A DNA stretch of 54,882 bases, the filler included, from Jimgerdemannia flammicorona (taxonomy: Eukaryota): NCBI GenBank assembly GCA_003990765.1. It is 2 parts of 2 records of this genome, joined end to end, with 100 filler letters (N's around TTAATTAATTAA, not from the genome) between each part and the next. Parts side by side here need not be neighbours in the genome. Positions count along the whole stretch, not along the records: positions 1 to 27,397 come from RBNJ01000632.1; 1 more part is not named here. One strand, 5' to 3'. Shown here in pieces: positions 12,203 to 26,133 of this stretch. Position 1 is the first letter of the stretch, and the number at the start of each line of letters is the position of its first letter. The notes below the pieces were generated by a model. That model made no database searches, had not been told where the DNA came from, and worked only from the letters and a program-made list of their open reading frames with translations. The position numbers were made by a program, and so were the translations under genes.

Positions 12203-15200
12203 TCACGAATCAATCAAAGATGTGGAAGGCTTTAGTCGTTTGACGCCGCGAGAGGAAGTTGAAATTGACTCAGCGGGCGATGCCATCGGCGTCCCAACAA
12301 TCATCTGTCCATTTTCACTCACTGCCTTGGGTATCTCCGAACTAACGGGGTGCAGGATTTTCTACGCAGACAATATTGATGAATACAATTTCATGGTCAA
12401 CAATGGTCCGTTAGTATAAAGCATATAGGAACCGATGGCAACAACCTACCTTCGCTTTCGATTTCGTGCCCTGCCCTGTATGCCCATGACGATGTCCGCC
12501 TGAGGTTCCACCCGAATGCGAGACCCTAACCCTCCTTGCCCTTCGTTCCGGCCATTCTCTCCCGAAAATACGACGATGCCTCTCGCAACGCGGACAACGC
12601 ATAGGCACCATGGCCGATGAAAGAATGTATGCTGTCGTGGCAGTCGAATCTGTGCCTTTGTTGGCGTTGGGCTCGAGTGAACGATGACATCCAATGCAAG
12701 AAGATTCCTTTGGGGTATGGTGTGAATGGTGTGAATGGTGTGAATGCTGGTTGTGCTGATGGTAGTAATGGTGGTTTGGTGCAAGCACATTGCTTGTCGC
12801 GCCCACCGTAATTTTACTGGAACTAGCTGTGGAACTAGCTGTGGAACTAGCCGTGGAACTAGCTGTGGAACTAGCCGTGGAACTAGCTGTGGAACAAGCC
12901 GTGGAACTAGCTGTGGAACTAGCCGTTGAACTAGCCGTGGAACTAGTTGTGGAACTAGCCGCTCTGACTGACAGATCGATATTGTCAACAGTCGATGAAA
13001 CAGAGGAAGGTGGAGTATCAGTGGTTGCGATGCTTTCGATCGAGTCTGCGGTCGAGTCGTCGGCTTCGGAATCCGAATCCGAAAGAGAAGAATCAATGGA
13101 TGACAAATCCGACAAGTCCGAAGACGATAATTCAGAGAGGTCAGAGCCGAAGTCGAATAGTGAGAGGGTGGAAACAGTATCAGAAGATTGCTGTTGGGGG
13201 TCAGGCACTGCAGGTGAAGTTTCTCGCTTGGGAGAAGTGGAAGTGAATAAATTGGGTTGCTGTGTTTGATTTTCATGATCTATTGTTTCTTCTTGAGGCA
13301 CAAGTTTGGGCCACGGTCGCGGGAGATTAAGTTGCTCGACCACCGTGAGTGCTGGTTGTGGGGGTGTCGGCAATCGCAGATGTATTCGTGGCTCTATTGG
13401 TATCGGTTCAGGCACCAAAGACGACGATCCAGGATCGGACGTTGGAGAAACTGGTTCTTGCGTCAATAATAGCGCTTTTGCCTGTTCACTTGCCAATTTG
13501 TCCAGCCGCTCCCGTTCATGAATTGCCTCCCACAGTAGGTCGAGCGATGCCTCAGGCGGTCGGAATATATCCCTGTATTCCGCACTACTATCGTCGTCAT
13601 ATATATAACTTTGCGTTGGCTGATACGTCTCTGATTGCGAATGCTCTTGTTCACTGATATGCTGTTCGTGCATTTCATCCTCTGTCGTGAACCCACAGAG
13701 GAAAGCAACCGACATAACAGAAGGGCGACGTGCACTCTCGTTGATAGTGGGCGTTGATGGTGAAGGCAATGCTGGAAAGGGTGATGGAGAGGAAGATGAT
13801 ATTGATGTAGTATTCAAGTAAGGATAGATAGATTCAGTTTTGATCCTGCTGCTGGGAAAGCTTCCTATCGCTGTTGTAATAGTCGCATGACGCAATGGTG
13901 TCCCGCTACGAGATGACAATGGTGTGATGTCTGTTTGTCGCCGAGCACCAACAGACATCGGAGAAGGAAATTCGTCCAATGATGAAGAATGTGTCGCCGG
14001 TGGCCGTCGTTGCCGTGTGGGATGTGGCACGAAGTCTTTGCAAAAAAAAAAAAAAAAAAAAAAAAAAAGACAACATGAAAGGGGGGATTAGACGAAATAT
14101 AAAATGGCTAATCACAGTGGCGATGAATACTACTGCACCTTCATGTAAGGTCGGCTTCCGTCTCCGACCACTTCGCCGCGCGTTATCTGTGGCATTTTGT
14201 GGTGTATTGCTGTTCTCCGTAGTCAAGGTCATGGGAACATCCATCAGCGATTGTTCAGGTTTGAAAGCGCCATCCTTCGTGCTAAGACAGCAAAATACCA
14301 AAGAAAAACTGTCGGGTTTTAATATGTTCGAAATAATAGCAGCCAAACCTCTTTGAGTCTGAATAGCACAATACGAGGCGCACGCCTTTCTACAGTCACT
14401 GACCTCTCACAAGTGACACATTTGCACTCGCAGTTATTATCCCCAAAATAATGTTTTCCATAGTAGGTGGTAATTTCTTCGCCAACCTTGATTTCACGTA
14501 TCACCTTAAATGTGATAGCATTCTGACCAAGAGATATAAACTGTGTAGATCGATATGATTTGAAGCCATGAGATGATACGACCCGATATAGATATCTCTG
14601 GACAGTGTGGAACAAACACGGTTACTTGAAAGAACGGCAGGACGAAATACCTTGCAATTTGAATTGCAGTCGTGCTATGCCGGTAACAAAGGAACGTTGA
14701 CGAAGAACGGCGGTGAATACAGCAGAGACCTTCTACTTCTTTCGTGCTTTATAGTCAATCCATGTCCCCAAATGGTGGATCAAACCCGGTGTCCCTTCTC
14801 TTTTCCCCTATCTCTTGCTCCTCCACTTCCCTGTCTCAAGCCGAAAATCACGTCATCACTTACGTTAACAAATCTCGCAGGCCCGAGAAACAAACAGCTG
14901 CACCCTTTGCGTGTAGACCACATAACGCTGAAGTCGCGATGTCCATTCAGGAGAGTACGCTCGTCTTCCGGCGTGAGACAAGCAATGGCACCTGTACACA
15001 TGCGAATCTCGTCGCCGGCTTGCCATTCACGGGTGGCAATAACGCATGCCTCAACGCGCTCCGAAGTGCTGTAGCGTTTCGTGTCACTGATCTCGTAACC
15101 AGCATTGGGGAGGTACCTAAGTTCATGGAAGGGGACGAATGAGGGATTTAGTTAGATGGGTAAACTATGTAGGGGAAGAGCTCAAACAACAGAAAACTCT

Positions 15201-15631
15201 TGACATTCAATGCTACTTGCATTGATAGATATCGTTTCATGTGTTGAATAAAGTCTGCAATTTGCTTCGAATTTTTCTTTTCCAGAAAGGCCTTGAAGTA
15301 GTCCATTCTGCGGAGCGTTGAAGAAAGAGCATGACGGCGATGGGGTGAGAGACATGTTGTCCACGTTGTAGAGTCGCGCTTCCAAGGAGAATTATATGGC
15401 GGACGGTTTAGACAACAGAGGGAGGACATACTCCATAAGTTCGTTGACAGCGTCGTTCACGCGGGCCTTTGCGACGACGTTCCGTTGTATGATGTCGAGG
15501 ACCTTCGCGGAGGGGATACGAGCCCTCCTGTGGTCGGTGTTCATCTTTATTGTCTGGAACCACAGCAGCAATGCGTCGAGGAAGACGTCCGACAGAAGGT
15601 CGTCGTATTTTGATAGCGAGCCGAAGTCCAT
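12203..15631 (-). CDS. SET9: Histone H4K20 methyltransferase Set9/KMT5 with long low-complexity C-terminus
   Basis: 'LSKYDDLLSDVFLD', 'YLPNAGYEI', 'RDFSVMWSTRKGCSCLFLGPARFVN|HDCNSNCK', 'IKVGEEITTYYGKHYFGDNNCECKCVTCE' (SET + post-SET). Late C-terminal CxxC..CxxC 'CIGC...CPRCERHRRIFG'. Last exon inferred at about 12361-12203. Confidence 0.9.
12818..12960 (-). repeat. 12-bp coding tandem repeat (about 12 copies) encoding (Ser-Thr-Ala-Ser)n in Set9
   Basis: Repeated gtggaactagc(t/c) on the + strand. Confidence 0.95.
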
Positions 15632-15791
15632 TGGGGGTGTGGGAGAAGTTCAAAAGAAAGAGAAAGATGTGCGATGACGATTCGAGGGTTTGGTCGCCAT
15701 GATTTTATTGATCATTGATTCCGTTTTGGGCATTTGTGTGCGGGGTACAAAAACCACAGCCCAAGCCACCACCTGCAGAAGCGTCATCTTG

Positions 15792-18700
15792 ATGACTCTT
15801 CTAATGGCAAAGCGAAGGCGCGACGACCACGCTCCCTACAACCCAAACCCGCTCGCTGTTATCCATTCTAACCTTCGCTTCCGTGCCGCAAACACGTACG
15901 TATCTCTCTTCCTGACCCTGCCTTCATGGACCCTTCCTCTTCCTCACTCCCCCCTTTCCTTCCGTAGCTGCCTGGCATGGTCGTCCAACAATGTTCTCGC
16001 CTACGTCCCGCCAAAACCGACAACTAGTGTGCGCCTGCACCAACTCTCCGACGGAAAACGCCCAAAGATTGCAGAAACCGCTGAGCACTTACAGAACGAT
16101 CAGTCCAACCTGAAACAGTATGTACAATGCCGTTAATTCTCCTACTACTTCAGTAGTCTGGCGCCATGCAATTGTACAACTCGGCGAAGCGCCAGTCGGT
16201 GACATTTGATTCCAACCACTTGAACTCACCTAGGCCGTTTGTTTTGGCCACTGCTGCCGACCCGTCCATCGACCAACCGTTACGATACGTCACCATGATC
16301 ACCCAGGCGCAGCAATGTCATAAACACCATACTATTACCCACTTAAGCTGGAACCAACGCGGCACGTGTCTCGCCTCCGTAGACGAAACCGGAAAAATTG
16401 CATTATGGGAAATGAAAGTACGTACGAACTCCTACGAAACATCAACGACTATCCTCGGTTTTCCTCTCTCCCCCCCCTCTCTCTCTTTCCTCCTTCCTCC
16501 CCCCCCCCTTTTTTCCCCCTATCTTTGTATTCGACGAAACGCTTTACACGCTCTTTGCATTTGCATAGCAAGCTGTGGATGATTGGGCATGCGTCAAGGA
16601 ACTGGACATGGAGCAACCCGTGGTGGCGTTCCTGTGGCTGAACACGCATCGTCGGGTACGTAGTTACCCTGGGTCGCGCAAAATGCGTGGCCAAAGAGAC
16701 TCAGAAAGGATTATTTGAAGCTTAACGTCACCTGAAATGTTCGCCCCTACAGTACATCGCGTCCACGCAAATGAATCCAGACGGTCTTCCTACTCCTTCG
16801 TACACATTTGAAAAGTACAAGGGGCCGCGCAACCCTCACGGCCACTTAGCCTTTGTGGCTGTTACTGCTAATGGCGAGGTATGAATGTATGGCTGGCGCT
16901 AAATGTGGAACCTGGTTCAGAGTACCAACGCAATGTTCCAATCGACCAACGATGATATTGAAGGACAATGACGTAACGCGGGAAAATTGTCTTTTGGTTG
17001 ACAGATAGCTGTGCGTTATCAGCACGAAGGTAATATATTTTCTGAGATGTCGACGCGCCTACAGCGCCCCCCGAATGTCCAGGCGGACCGTTGTCGAATT
17101 TCGCATGCTAGTTTGGTCCTTAATGATGGTAAGCATCGGTTGAAAACACAACCCGGCAGCCCTCAGCTATGAGCACTGATAATATTCAGAGAGGGAATCG
17201 TGGAGGTTATCTTTCTGTGCAAACGCTGCCTCATGTTAAAATTTATATTTTCAGACGGCCACATATACCTCGCCACCCATTGGGCCAGTTCAACTCCCAA
17301 ACTCGTGTGCATGTATGAGATTCCTATCAAATTCACCTCTATAACTCCTCAAGGGGGTACGCAAATTTTTCCTTTATATTCAATTGGCATCAAGCCAGTG
17401 CGGTTTCCTTGATTGAAACATGAATCATTCTAGTTAATGTGCATTTTTGTGTTCCCCAAATCAACATACTCGAACATAGTGATACAATGCCGTCCTATCA
17501 CCCGCCTTCGCCTTTGTCTCCCACTTCCTAACAAATCCTTGTCCCTCGTCTCGCACGCATCTGTGCTTCACTTAAAATTATTGGCGCATGCCGCGAAACC
17601 ACGATTGGTCATCGTGGTAGCAGAGGAGCAAGGTAGATGTTGCGCATCGGTCTTCTATTTATTGTGAATGCAGGGTCCCGTGCAAGAGTGGTCCCCCTTT
17701 CGAGAACTATTGAGCTAGAGTTTGCTTTATCCCGTCACCGAAAGATGTGCCACATACCGAGCAAGCTTACGTCGATGCGAATAGTGATGGTTATACCAGT
17801 GCTTTAGCGATTTGGGAGCTCGCAGAGACAAGCAGTCAGCTACGCAACGATTTCTCGGACCCAGACCCAATGCAAAACGATACGTTCTCGACTCAACCAA
17901 AACCGGTGAGCTGCCTTTCATGCATTGACGTCTGTTACAAAAGCTTGCATGTATTCGATCCAAGCACACAGCCAAACCCCAAGGATTTTATATGAACTTC
18001 TGTTTAATCTGTTTTCGATGCATAAAGACAATGAAATTTGTTACGGGTCACCTTATTCCGGACCGTTTGGTGACAGCTCTTTCGACCACGGGCGGCGGAC
18101 GGGAACTTGTGCTTGGTTTCTCCAACGGCACTGTGAACCTCGAGTACCGCGACAGGTCAGCACATTTTTGTAATAAATACTGTCGTCGTGCCCGATTTAT
18201 TTATTTATTTTTATTTTTACTATTTTCGTCTCTCCCCCTTTTGTAATCTTCTCAAATTGTTTTTGTATTGATTAGCCTGCGACATGGTGTGTCGAAAACC
18301 CAATCAGCACACGACTGGACGACGGTGGTTGAAAACGATTGCATTGGGTATGAGTTTTGGAGGCCTGTGAGGCGGGACGATAACATAACAGGTAAAACAA
18401 TGCCAAACCATGGAACGGGATCAGGTCCCACCCGAATGTTGACTTTGTAGAAAATATCTCACTTTGTATATTAAATCAACAGATTACGGATGTGTCGTCG
18501 ATATTGCGGTATCTCCCAATGAGGCTTCGCTTACATATGTTTCGTCCTCAGGTGATGTCATGGGGGTTGATATTACGGATTACGAAGCGAAACCAGAGCA
18601 GGACCTGCCAGGTAGGTTCTCCATCACATTGTAACGTTTTTTTCGTTTTTTTTACCGACCACGATTTTTTTTTTTTTTTTTATGTATGCCAATTTGTTGA

Positions 18701-20754
18701 TAATCCGGAATATGGGTTTGTATTCCGATTTTATGATTCAATAGATACAGTGCTATCCTTGCCCGTGACATCCTTGGCCGACAATCTCTCCCAGATGATA
18801 GTGCTCAGCCTGCTCAACAATGTTGATTATGCTGACCTCATCACTGTCGTAAAGAAACTCTCCAGCTCGTTGAAACGCCCAGGTATATTGACAATTGCAA
18901 AGGGATTCGCCTAAAAGGTGGCATTGGTTCTTTTTTCTTTTTTTGGGAGAGGTTTGTATCGTGCCTTCCGAATATCCTTATTTTTATTTCGCAACAGATC
19001 TCGCAGAGTCGATCCTAGAACAGGTCATAGACGAATATGACCATATTAGGAATCCTGACATTGGAGGCACTGATCACCGTACTCCACAATTTCCTACGTT
19101 GTCGGACATCAGTCAAACGTACGGCTTAATGTTATCCATGCTTAGGTATAAAGTTCAAAGAAAATCTATGTTTGGAATTTCAGTACGATCGCCTTTGCTG
19201 TAAAAAATCATATCTTTCCTAACTGCTTGCTGGGCCCTGCGGTTACCACGTCGACGCAGAGCATTTTCGCGCAAACATGTGCAATACGCCAACCTTTATT
19301 TCGCGATCCAACTCCATTCAATTCTGGAGGCTATGATGGGTAGCTGTGTAACAGAAAATGCCAACGTCCTGGCATGTTTCGGTTAGAGTTTTTTTTTTTT
19401 TTCTTGGTCTACTATCACGCATTGCGCATTGACAATATATTTGAGGTCAATACTAAGGCTACGAATTTGCGTCGCTTTCTTGGGGACATGATCTGAAATC
19501 ACTGACGCCACCTAATTGCCATAGAAACCGATTCTAGTCCAAAAACAGAGCCGCTTAAATTTGAAAATAGTGAGTTTGCGACATCAATACCTCTTTGAAG
19601 CCGTGATGTCGCGTTATTTTGTCCTATGGTATGCTAAAAGAAGAAAAAAGAAAAAATGTTGAACATTCGCCCACTTATTCTTGTACATTGCCTGCATGAC
19701 TCTACAGCTGCCCTTTGGTCCCTTGTCCCGCTTGTTACATGGACGATTGACTTTGCCACTCAGTTGTTCCGCAACTTGTACATCCATTTCAATTCGTATC
19801 GGCGGCCGCGACGTAAATCTCCTGGTTTTGATCCAGTTTATTTGGATGGGTGTTGCATTGATTTCAAACCGTTGAATTCTTTCGCGTTCTACGATATCAC
19901 TTATACTAGTTTCTGTCTCGATATTTATCAAATAATAACGCTTCTCCTGTAGCGGGGTCGAAATCCGCGTCAGTGCCGATGATAGACACGATTCCGACGG
20001 CTGCTGCTCTCATCATTCACAATGCCACGCGCGAATGCTTGCGCCGCTGCTTGATTCTCGTTCAGCAGCTGGAGCTTTCTTTAAAAGTAGACTCCGCCCC
20101 GACTACAAATAATCTAGAATCTCTCAAGGGCCACATTGAAAACCTGCTTGCCGGTTTACCTATCCCCCTTGAGATGATGCTAACATTCTTGAAAGATGTA
20201 GCTGCGGTAGTGTCGGGCGTCTCTAAAGGTATATCACACGATCTTCATTTTTAGCGCGTGTGTGCAAACTTCGTTGACTTTGAATTACTACAATTGGATC
20301 CTTCCATTCCATCAGATTCCGTTGACGCTCCATCGAATTGGAGCGAACGACTGTTGACTCGTGGCCTAATTCCTCGGCACCTCGAATCTCAACTGCGGAA
20401 GGTGTTGGCGAAGCACCGGTCGATTTTTGAGTCGGCCCAACTGTGTCTTAGTTCTAAGGGAGAAGGGCCAGGCGATACGTCGGACGTGGTGAGGAAGTAC
20501 GCGATTTTAGGAGGAGTGACAGTGAGACAATGTTCCAAGTGAGTGAGCATCGTTTGGTAAGCAGTTTGTGGAGCATGAATGTGTTGAAAATCTCATGTCA
20601 TGAATTGTTTTGAATTAGATGTTCGAATTCATCGATTGTGGGATCGAGTGGGACAGACGATCCAACGGCGAAGACGGCATGGTATGCGAGCTTTGATCGT
20701 ACGTGTGTGTGCGGCGGGTTCTGGAGAAGTAGGAAATCTGGCATACAGGGATAG
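15792..20754 (+). CDS. MED16: Probable Mediator subunit Med16/Sin4, multi-exon
   Basis: WD40-like N-terminus 'CLAWSSNNVLAY', 'ITHLSWNQRGTCLASVDETGKIALW'. C-terminal 'DVVRKY...VRQCSK|CS...W...RTCVCGGFW' matches the Cys-rich Med16 tail. Divergent from SET9 with about 160 bp between starts. Confidence 0.72.
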
Positions 20755-20880
20755 TTTTCAATAAATTATATATTAGAATTGGCAGTCCTGCACCTTGACA
20801 CGTAATTATATACAAACTCGTCATTTTCCCTTGACGTCACGCACCCTGCGAGGTGTCCTTCCCTGCACCTGCACGAAGCC

Positions 20881-23747
20881 ATGCAACTGACACACCTCAT
20901 AACACAAAGCATCGTGGCTTGCACCGTCGCCACTCTCGCCGTAGCAAAAGAGTCCTTCGACGAGGAGCTTGTATTAAAATCTTTGGCCGACGGAAAGCTT
21001 TTTACACACTTCCAATTCACGACTCGTCTAGATTACGAACCCTCGGGAGACGCTCTTTGTATGTCCGATTCTTTTTGCCGCACCCTGCCAATTCTCGCGC
21101 TCCACCAACTTCTTTGCTAACCACGCTCGATCTCTACAGTCTCTCATTATGGTTTATTTCCTAAAGCCATTGGTCAGATTATTCAACGTTATGGGGCAAG
21201 AGAACTTCATTTGACCTTCACGCAAGGAAGGTGGAACTATGAGGACTGGGGTTATCCCATCGCGCAGTCAGCTGGCACAGGGGTGGAACTATGGGCATGG
21301 ATGTATCGAACGGAAAGGTAAACATATATAACTCCTTTTCCTTGTGTTCGACTCGTTTAAAGAATTTTCGGTACCTTTTAGATTTCTTCATCCTCAGTCT
21401 ACTCTTCTCACATGACGCTTCCGATCTTTATTGATCTTTGCAGTATTGAACCCAATTGGAAAGCTCTCACCAATGCTCTCTCCGGACTCTTCTGCGCTTC
21501 CCTTAATTTCATCGATGAGACCATCACCAGTCGTCCCCGCATGTCCTTCCGTCCCGAGGGCTTCTATAATGAACAAGCTGACCCCATGCATGAGCGCCAA
21601 GATGACCCCTCTGATGATTCAGAGTTGCGTTATGGATCGTTACCGCATGAGAGTGTTTGTACGGAGAACTTGACACCGTGGATCAAATTATTGCCTTGCA
21701 AGGCTAAGGTATGTGGGTAAATAAAATTTATTCGCTTCTGTCTGACATTACCGATAATTATAGAGGTGCTAGAATGTTAAGTGTTAACCCTTGATACAGG
21801 CTGGTGTCTCCACCCTGCTCAACGCACACAAGCTTTACGACACCAACTTCCATTCTATGGCCATCCATGTACGACCTGTGTGTAAGGTCAGTGACCACTT
21901 TCCTCACAGTGGTATAGCAACTTCGTATTTATTCGGGTTTACGTGGAGCCCTAAAACGATTGACTGTTGTGTTGTACCACCTTTTATCTGTGACCACTTT
22001 CAGGACGTCGATTGCAATCAGAAGCAGCTGGAACTCGTGCAGACTGTGACATCGGTGTTCGACCCAGTGCGCGTGACGGCACGGCGTGGTAAGCATTCCA
22101 CCTACTATTTCCTCCTCGTAATTGCTAGCTCGACCAATGACATACTTACCTGGACCTCCTCACTCTGGAAGAGTGGTCATTCCAGTCCCTCTTTGACCGT
22201 AAAATCGAACGATCCTGTGCCGTGGCCTCCTTATCCCGCGTCCTTGTCCTGCTTCCCACGATTACGGAGGATAACGCATGGCAAATCTTCCCATCAGCGG
22301 ACGACAGTATGATGTATAAAGTGGGCGAAGAGACAAGGCAAGTTGCAGTGTACGATCTTGCGAAAGGTGAGTTGCTATTTGCTACTGTTTGTTTTTTTAG
22401 GATTGGAATTGATTATATGCAGTGGATTTCTCGAGTATTCAGTCTCAAATATCCAACTGTGTCTAGTTCATGTACCATTCGACCTCCAGATGATCTGGCA
22501 AGAGCATATCTTCCTTTTCCGTAAGTCTTCAGTAGTATCTTGAATTGTTGTATATTATCGGCTGCATTTGTAGCACAAACTAAAATCGAAGCCTTTATAC
22601 GATTATCGCCTCGACGTAGCTCTGCAGCCTTCCTTCCCCCCCTTTTTCGCACACCGATACTTTACAGGTACTGTATTTAATTCCCCCAAAGATACAGCGT
22701 TAAGCGTACAACATCAATGACCGTTTGATCCACAACATAGGGTATGGTCAAGAGCGCGGTGGTCTGACAGTCAACATCGTCAACCAGAACCCCAACGAGA
22801 CTGTCCCCGTCATTTACTTTGACTCGATACCCTGGTATCTCAAATTGTATTTGCATACGCTCAAGGTATCGGTCACGTGGGGACAAGATGTTAGGCAGGA
22901 TGGTAGGGCGAAATGGATCAATCCTGTTCGTCGTCGACTTTTGTGGTTTTCGTAACCATGGCAATATTGTCAACTTTTCACGCTTTCTCAATTACAGATT
23001 TGATCAAGCAAACCTATTACCAACCGGCTGTGGATCGCTCCCGTCCCTCGGTTCTCGAGATGTGGCTCACGCTCCCCCCGAATTCCGTCACGACTGTGTC
23101 GATTGAATTTGATAAGGTGTTCTTGAAGTACACCGAGCATCGGCCAGACGCGAATCGTGGGTTCGACGTTGGGTAGGATTGATGCATCTGTTACATTTTC
23201 AGGCATCTGTTACATTCTCATGCGAAAGTTGGAGATGATGAATTCGACGAGTAACAATGTGTTTTATATCGTCCGCTAATGGGTTCAGATCGGCTGTTTT
23301 GACCACTTGGATTCCCAATGATAGTGCTGATCTCATTATTCCTGGTAACCAGGAGTACGCGTTCGCATATCTAGATAGGTAATCCATCTTGCTAAACTGG
23401 CAACAAACAGCATTATTCTTTTCGACATCCCTAGATCAGCTCATAACTTATGTCTGCTTTTCTATAGCAATTCTTCCCTTTTCGGTTCCCTGCAACCAAT
23501 TCGGGTCTATACCGAGACGCTACTCGTGTCGTTACCCACACCGGACTTTAGTATGCCGTATAACGTGATCACGTTGACGTGTACAGTCATCGTGTTGTTC
23601 TTTGGTTCGATATTTAACTTGTTGACAAGATCCTTTGTGATTATGGAGGATGAAGAGGATGGCAAGGAGAAAGCCAAGAGCAAGGAAGAAAATGCGATGG
23701 GCGATGGTGTCGGAGACACCAAGGTGAGGGAAGAGCAAGGACCATAG
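20881..23747 (+). CDS. GPI16: GPI transamidase subunit Gpi16/PIG-T, multi-exon
   Basis: Signal peptide, '[13 protein letters not shown]', '[18 protein letters not shown]', '[13 protein letters not shown]', '[18 protein letters not shown]', '[11 protein letters not shown]', '[13 protein letters not shown]' + TM helix. Confidence 0.95.
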
Positions 23748-24455
23748 ATGTCATCATGTTTCGAAGAGCTGGTGAGTCAATAATGGAGTCGACGGATAGA
23801 AAAGAAATTGATTTAGATTCATTCGTAGATTGATTCTTTTAATTCTGAAATATTCACACTTGTCACTACATAAAAGTTATGTATGATGGCTAACTGTAGC
23901 TAACACTATACAACAATAGTCAAAACTATGGTTAGCTAAATGGCAAAACTAAAATGCCAAAGGTCTCATCAAGCAAAGTCTGTAGGAAGGTCCTCCAAGT
24001 GTATTGTTTGTCATCAGGTTGTGAGAGCTTTTTCTGGGATGTGGTTTGATGTATTGAGTTACTCATAATTTAATTTATTGATTCCTGAGTACTTTTTAGT
24101 GCTTTGGATTTTGCTAAAGAATTATTTAGATATAATTGAGGGATATTTATTTCAAAAGCTGTCTAGTAATAAGGATATGTAGATTGGTGGACGCCATTGC
24201 TTTGAAAAACTGATTTCACCATTTCATCTGATACGACTGAACAATTGCGCACCATTTTCACTCTGACGATACATGCACCAGGAAATGACGTAGTAACGAT
24301 ATGTTTTTCGGAGGGGTTTCCACCGAAAACGTGGATGTATGTTGATGTGGTACAACTCTTCGTAAGAACATATTGGAAGACTCGCTAAAAACTTATATGG
24401 ATTTGTTTTGTGGCAATTGTATCTGAGTGTCCCAAACTCAAACACGAAAAATGGA

Positions 24456-25452
24456 CTAGATGCTATCGCCAACGCTCCTTTCATACTTTTTTAACAACTC
24501 GTTGCGCCTCTGCACCCATCTTGTTGGGTCCAAAATATCCTCTTCCCTATCACTCGACGCTCCACCTCCACCCATCAAACGTCCGCTACCACTACCCAGC
24601 AGTAAGCTCCCGCCACTACTACCGAAGCTTAAATTTGGGCTAGCGCCAAATCGCCGGTTACTCATTCCATCAGTAGATCCTACATTTCGAGAAGGAATGT
24701 GGATCACGGGACTAATCGGGCTGACTGGTTGCCAGGGTGTATGAAAGCTCCGCCTTCGGTTGTCTGATGGTGGTGGCCGATTCCACTGATAGTACGTGGC
24801 GCTGCGTCGAACGTACGGTCGAGATTGCAGCAGTCTTTGGCGCTCTGGATCTTGACCCCGACAGCAGCAATACATGATGATGGCAAGTCCCCCAAAGGTG
24901 GCCAGCGAGATTACGATTGCCAGCCCATACAAAAGATATTTATGTGTCACTGGGAGATTGTTCAAATGGTAACAATGGTAAAACAATCTTTACATACAGA
25001 CGACTGATCCATAGTGAATAACGAAAAAAAAAAGTGGTACGAACCTTGACACTGTTGATACAAAAAATCGAACTTTGCGCCTTCACCACAGGAATCTTTT
25101 TCCGCAGGGCCCCACACACCACCAGCCACACACTTGTTTGCTTTCACGCAGAATCCACAGCTGTCCACAGCGACGCAGGAGCCGCAGTTAGTGTAAACCC
25201 CGCAAGAGTCTGATATCGAGTTGGATAAAGGTGTTGAATAGAGTTCTTGAAAAAACGTCAATGAAAATAATAAAATAAAATAAACAATGTTTTACCCAGA
25301 AGAGCGAGAGGGCTATTTGCGAAAGAAAGATCCTCAAGTACGGCCGCACCAAGCGCCGGAAGCGACATCATGCATGACCACCACACGTACTGCAACATGA
25401 CGATCAAAAGAGATGTGTTGCTGCGACTCCAAATTCCTTGGTGGCTTAGCAT
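24456..25452 (-). CDS. Small type-I membrane protein with PSI (plexin-repeat) domain, PTTG1IP/PBF-like
   Basis: Hydrophobic leader, Cys pattern 'CGVYTNCGSCVAVDSCGFCVKANKC...C...YQQC', one TM helix ending in 'YCCCR', and C-terminal 'RRNELLKKY'. Exons about 25452-25296, 25243-25044, 24949-24456. Confidence 0.65.
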
Positions 25453-25569
25453 TTTGATTGATGGCGATCGATGTCGAGCCGAGATCGATCGGCAACCGTT
25501 GCACAGCTCACAGCCAGGATGCATATATAAAGCCTACGTTCCCGATCCAGACATCCCCACCCAATTGCA

Positions 25570-26133
25570 CTTTACTGTTCAAGTCTTCGACAATTATTAC
25601 CTTGGCATCACCGCCTTGCTCACCATCCTATATCAGCTCTCCTTCTTTACTGTTGCAGCTCGACACCGTCACTGATTTTGCTGGAGGCACGAGTGGGTAT
25701 TGACGTTCGTACTATTCCCGTGTGCTGCTGGAACATATACCCGTCACTTAATTCTTATGCACTTTTTGTTACCAATAGATTTTATTGTGCTCGCTGTACT
25801 GACTTTGGCTCTGGGTGGGGTATGGGCCAACATTATTCTCTGCTTTACAATTGTGCTTGGATTCACTTGAATGAGATTCATGAGCTAGACGTTCCTTCTC
25901 GGCGTTCTAACATGATTTTGTAATCTACATTCGCCAAATCATCACCTCCGTATTTGTTGTACTCTGGGGAATCCGACTTACCGGGTATCTCTTCTATTGC
26001 ATCCTCAAAGCTGGCAAGGACGACCGTTTTGACGAAATCCGAGTTAATCTTCTCTCCTTCGCTGGGTTCTAGTTCTACCAAATGCTTTGGGTATGGACTG
26101 TTAACTTACCTATAACGCTCAGGAATTCCCCTA
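25570..26133 (+). pseudogene. Degenerate DUF1295 / steroid 5-alpha-reductase-like membrane protein gene
   Basis: 'VFDNYYLGITALLTILYQLSFF', 'DTVTDFAGGT', 'FIVLAVLTL', 'LWGIRLTGYLFY.ILK.GKDDRFDEIR', 'YQMLWVWTVNLP..NSP'. Frameshift near 25660, in-frame TAG at 26070-26072 where Trp is expected, no clear ATG, 3' half missing. Confidence 0.75.

Noticed and set aside
12818..12960. Possible CRISPR-like array
   Set aside because: Contiguous 12-bp units with no unique spacers, inside a eukaryotic exon.
12446..13276. ORFs with (LVPQ/LVPR)n and (ELAV)n repeats
   Set aside because: Alternative-frame and antisense readings of the 12-bp repeat inside SET9.
23183..23220. Direct repeat of about 20 bp (gcatctgttacatt) in GPI16
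   Set aside because: Local intronic duplication with no evident function.
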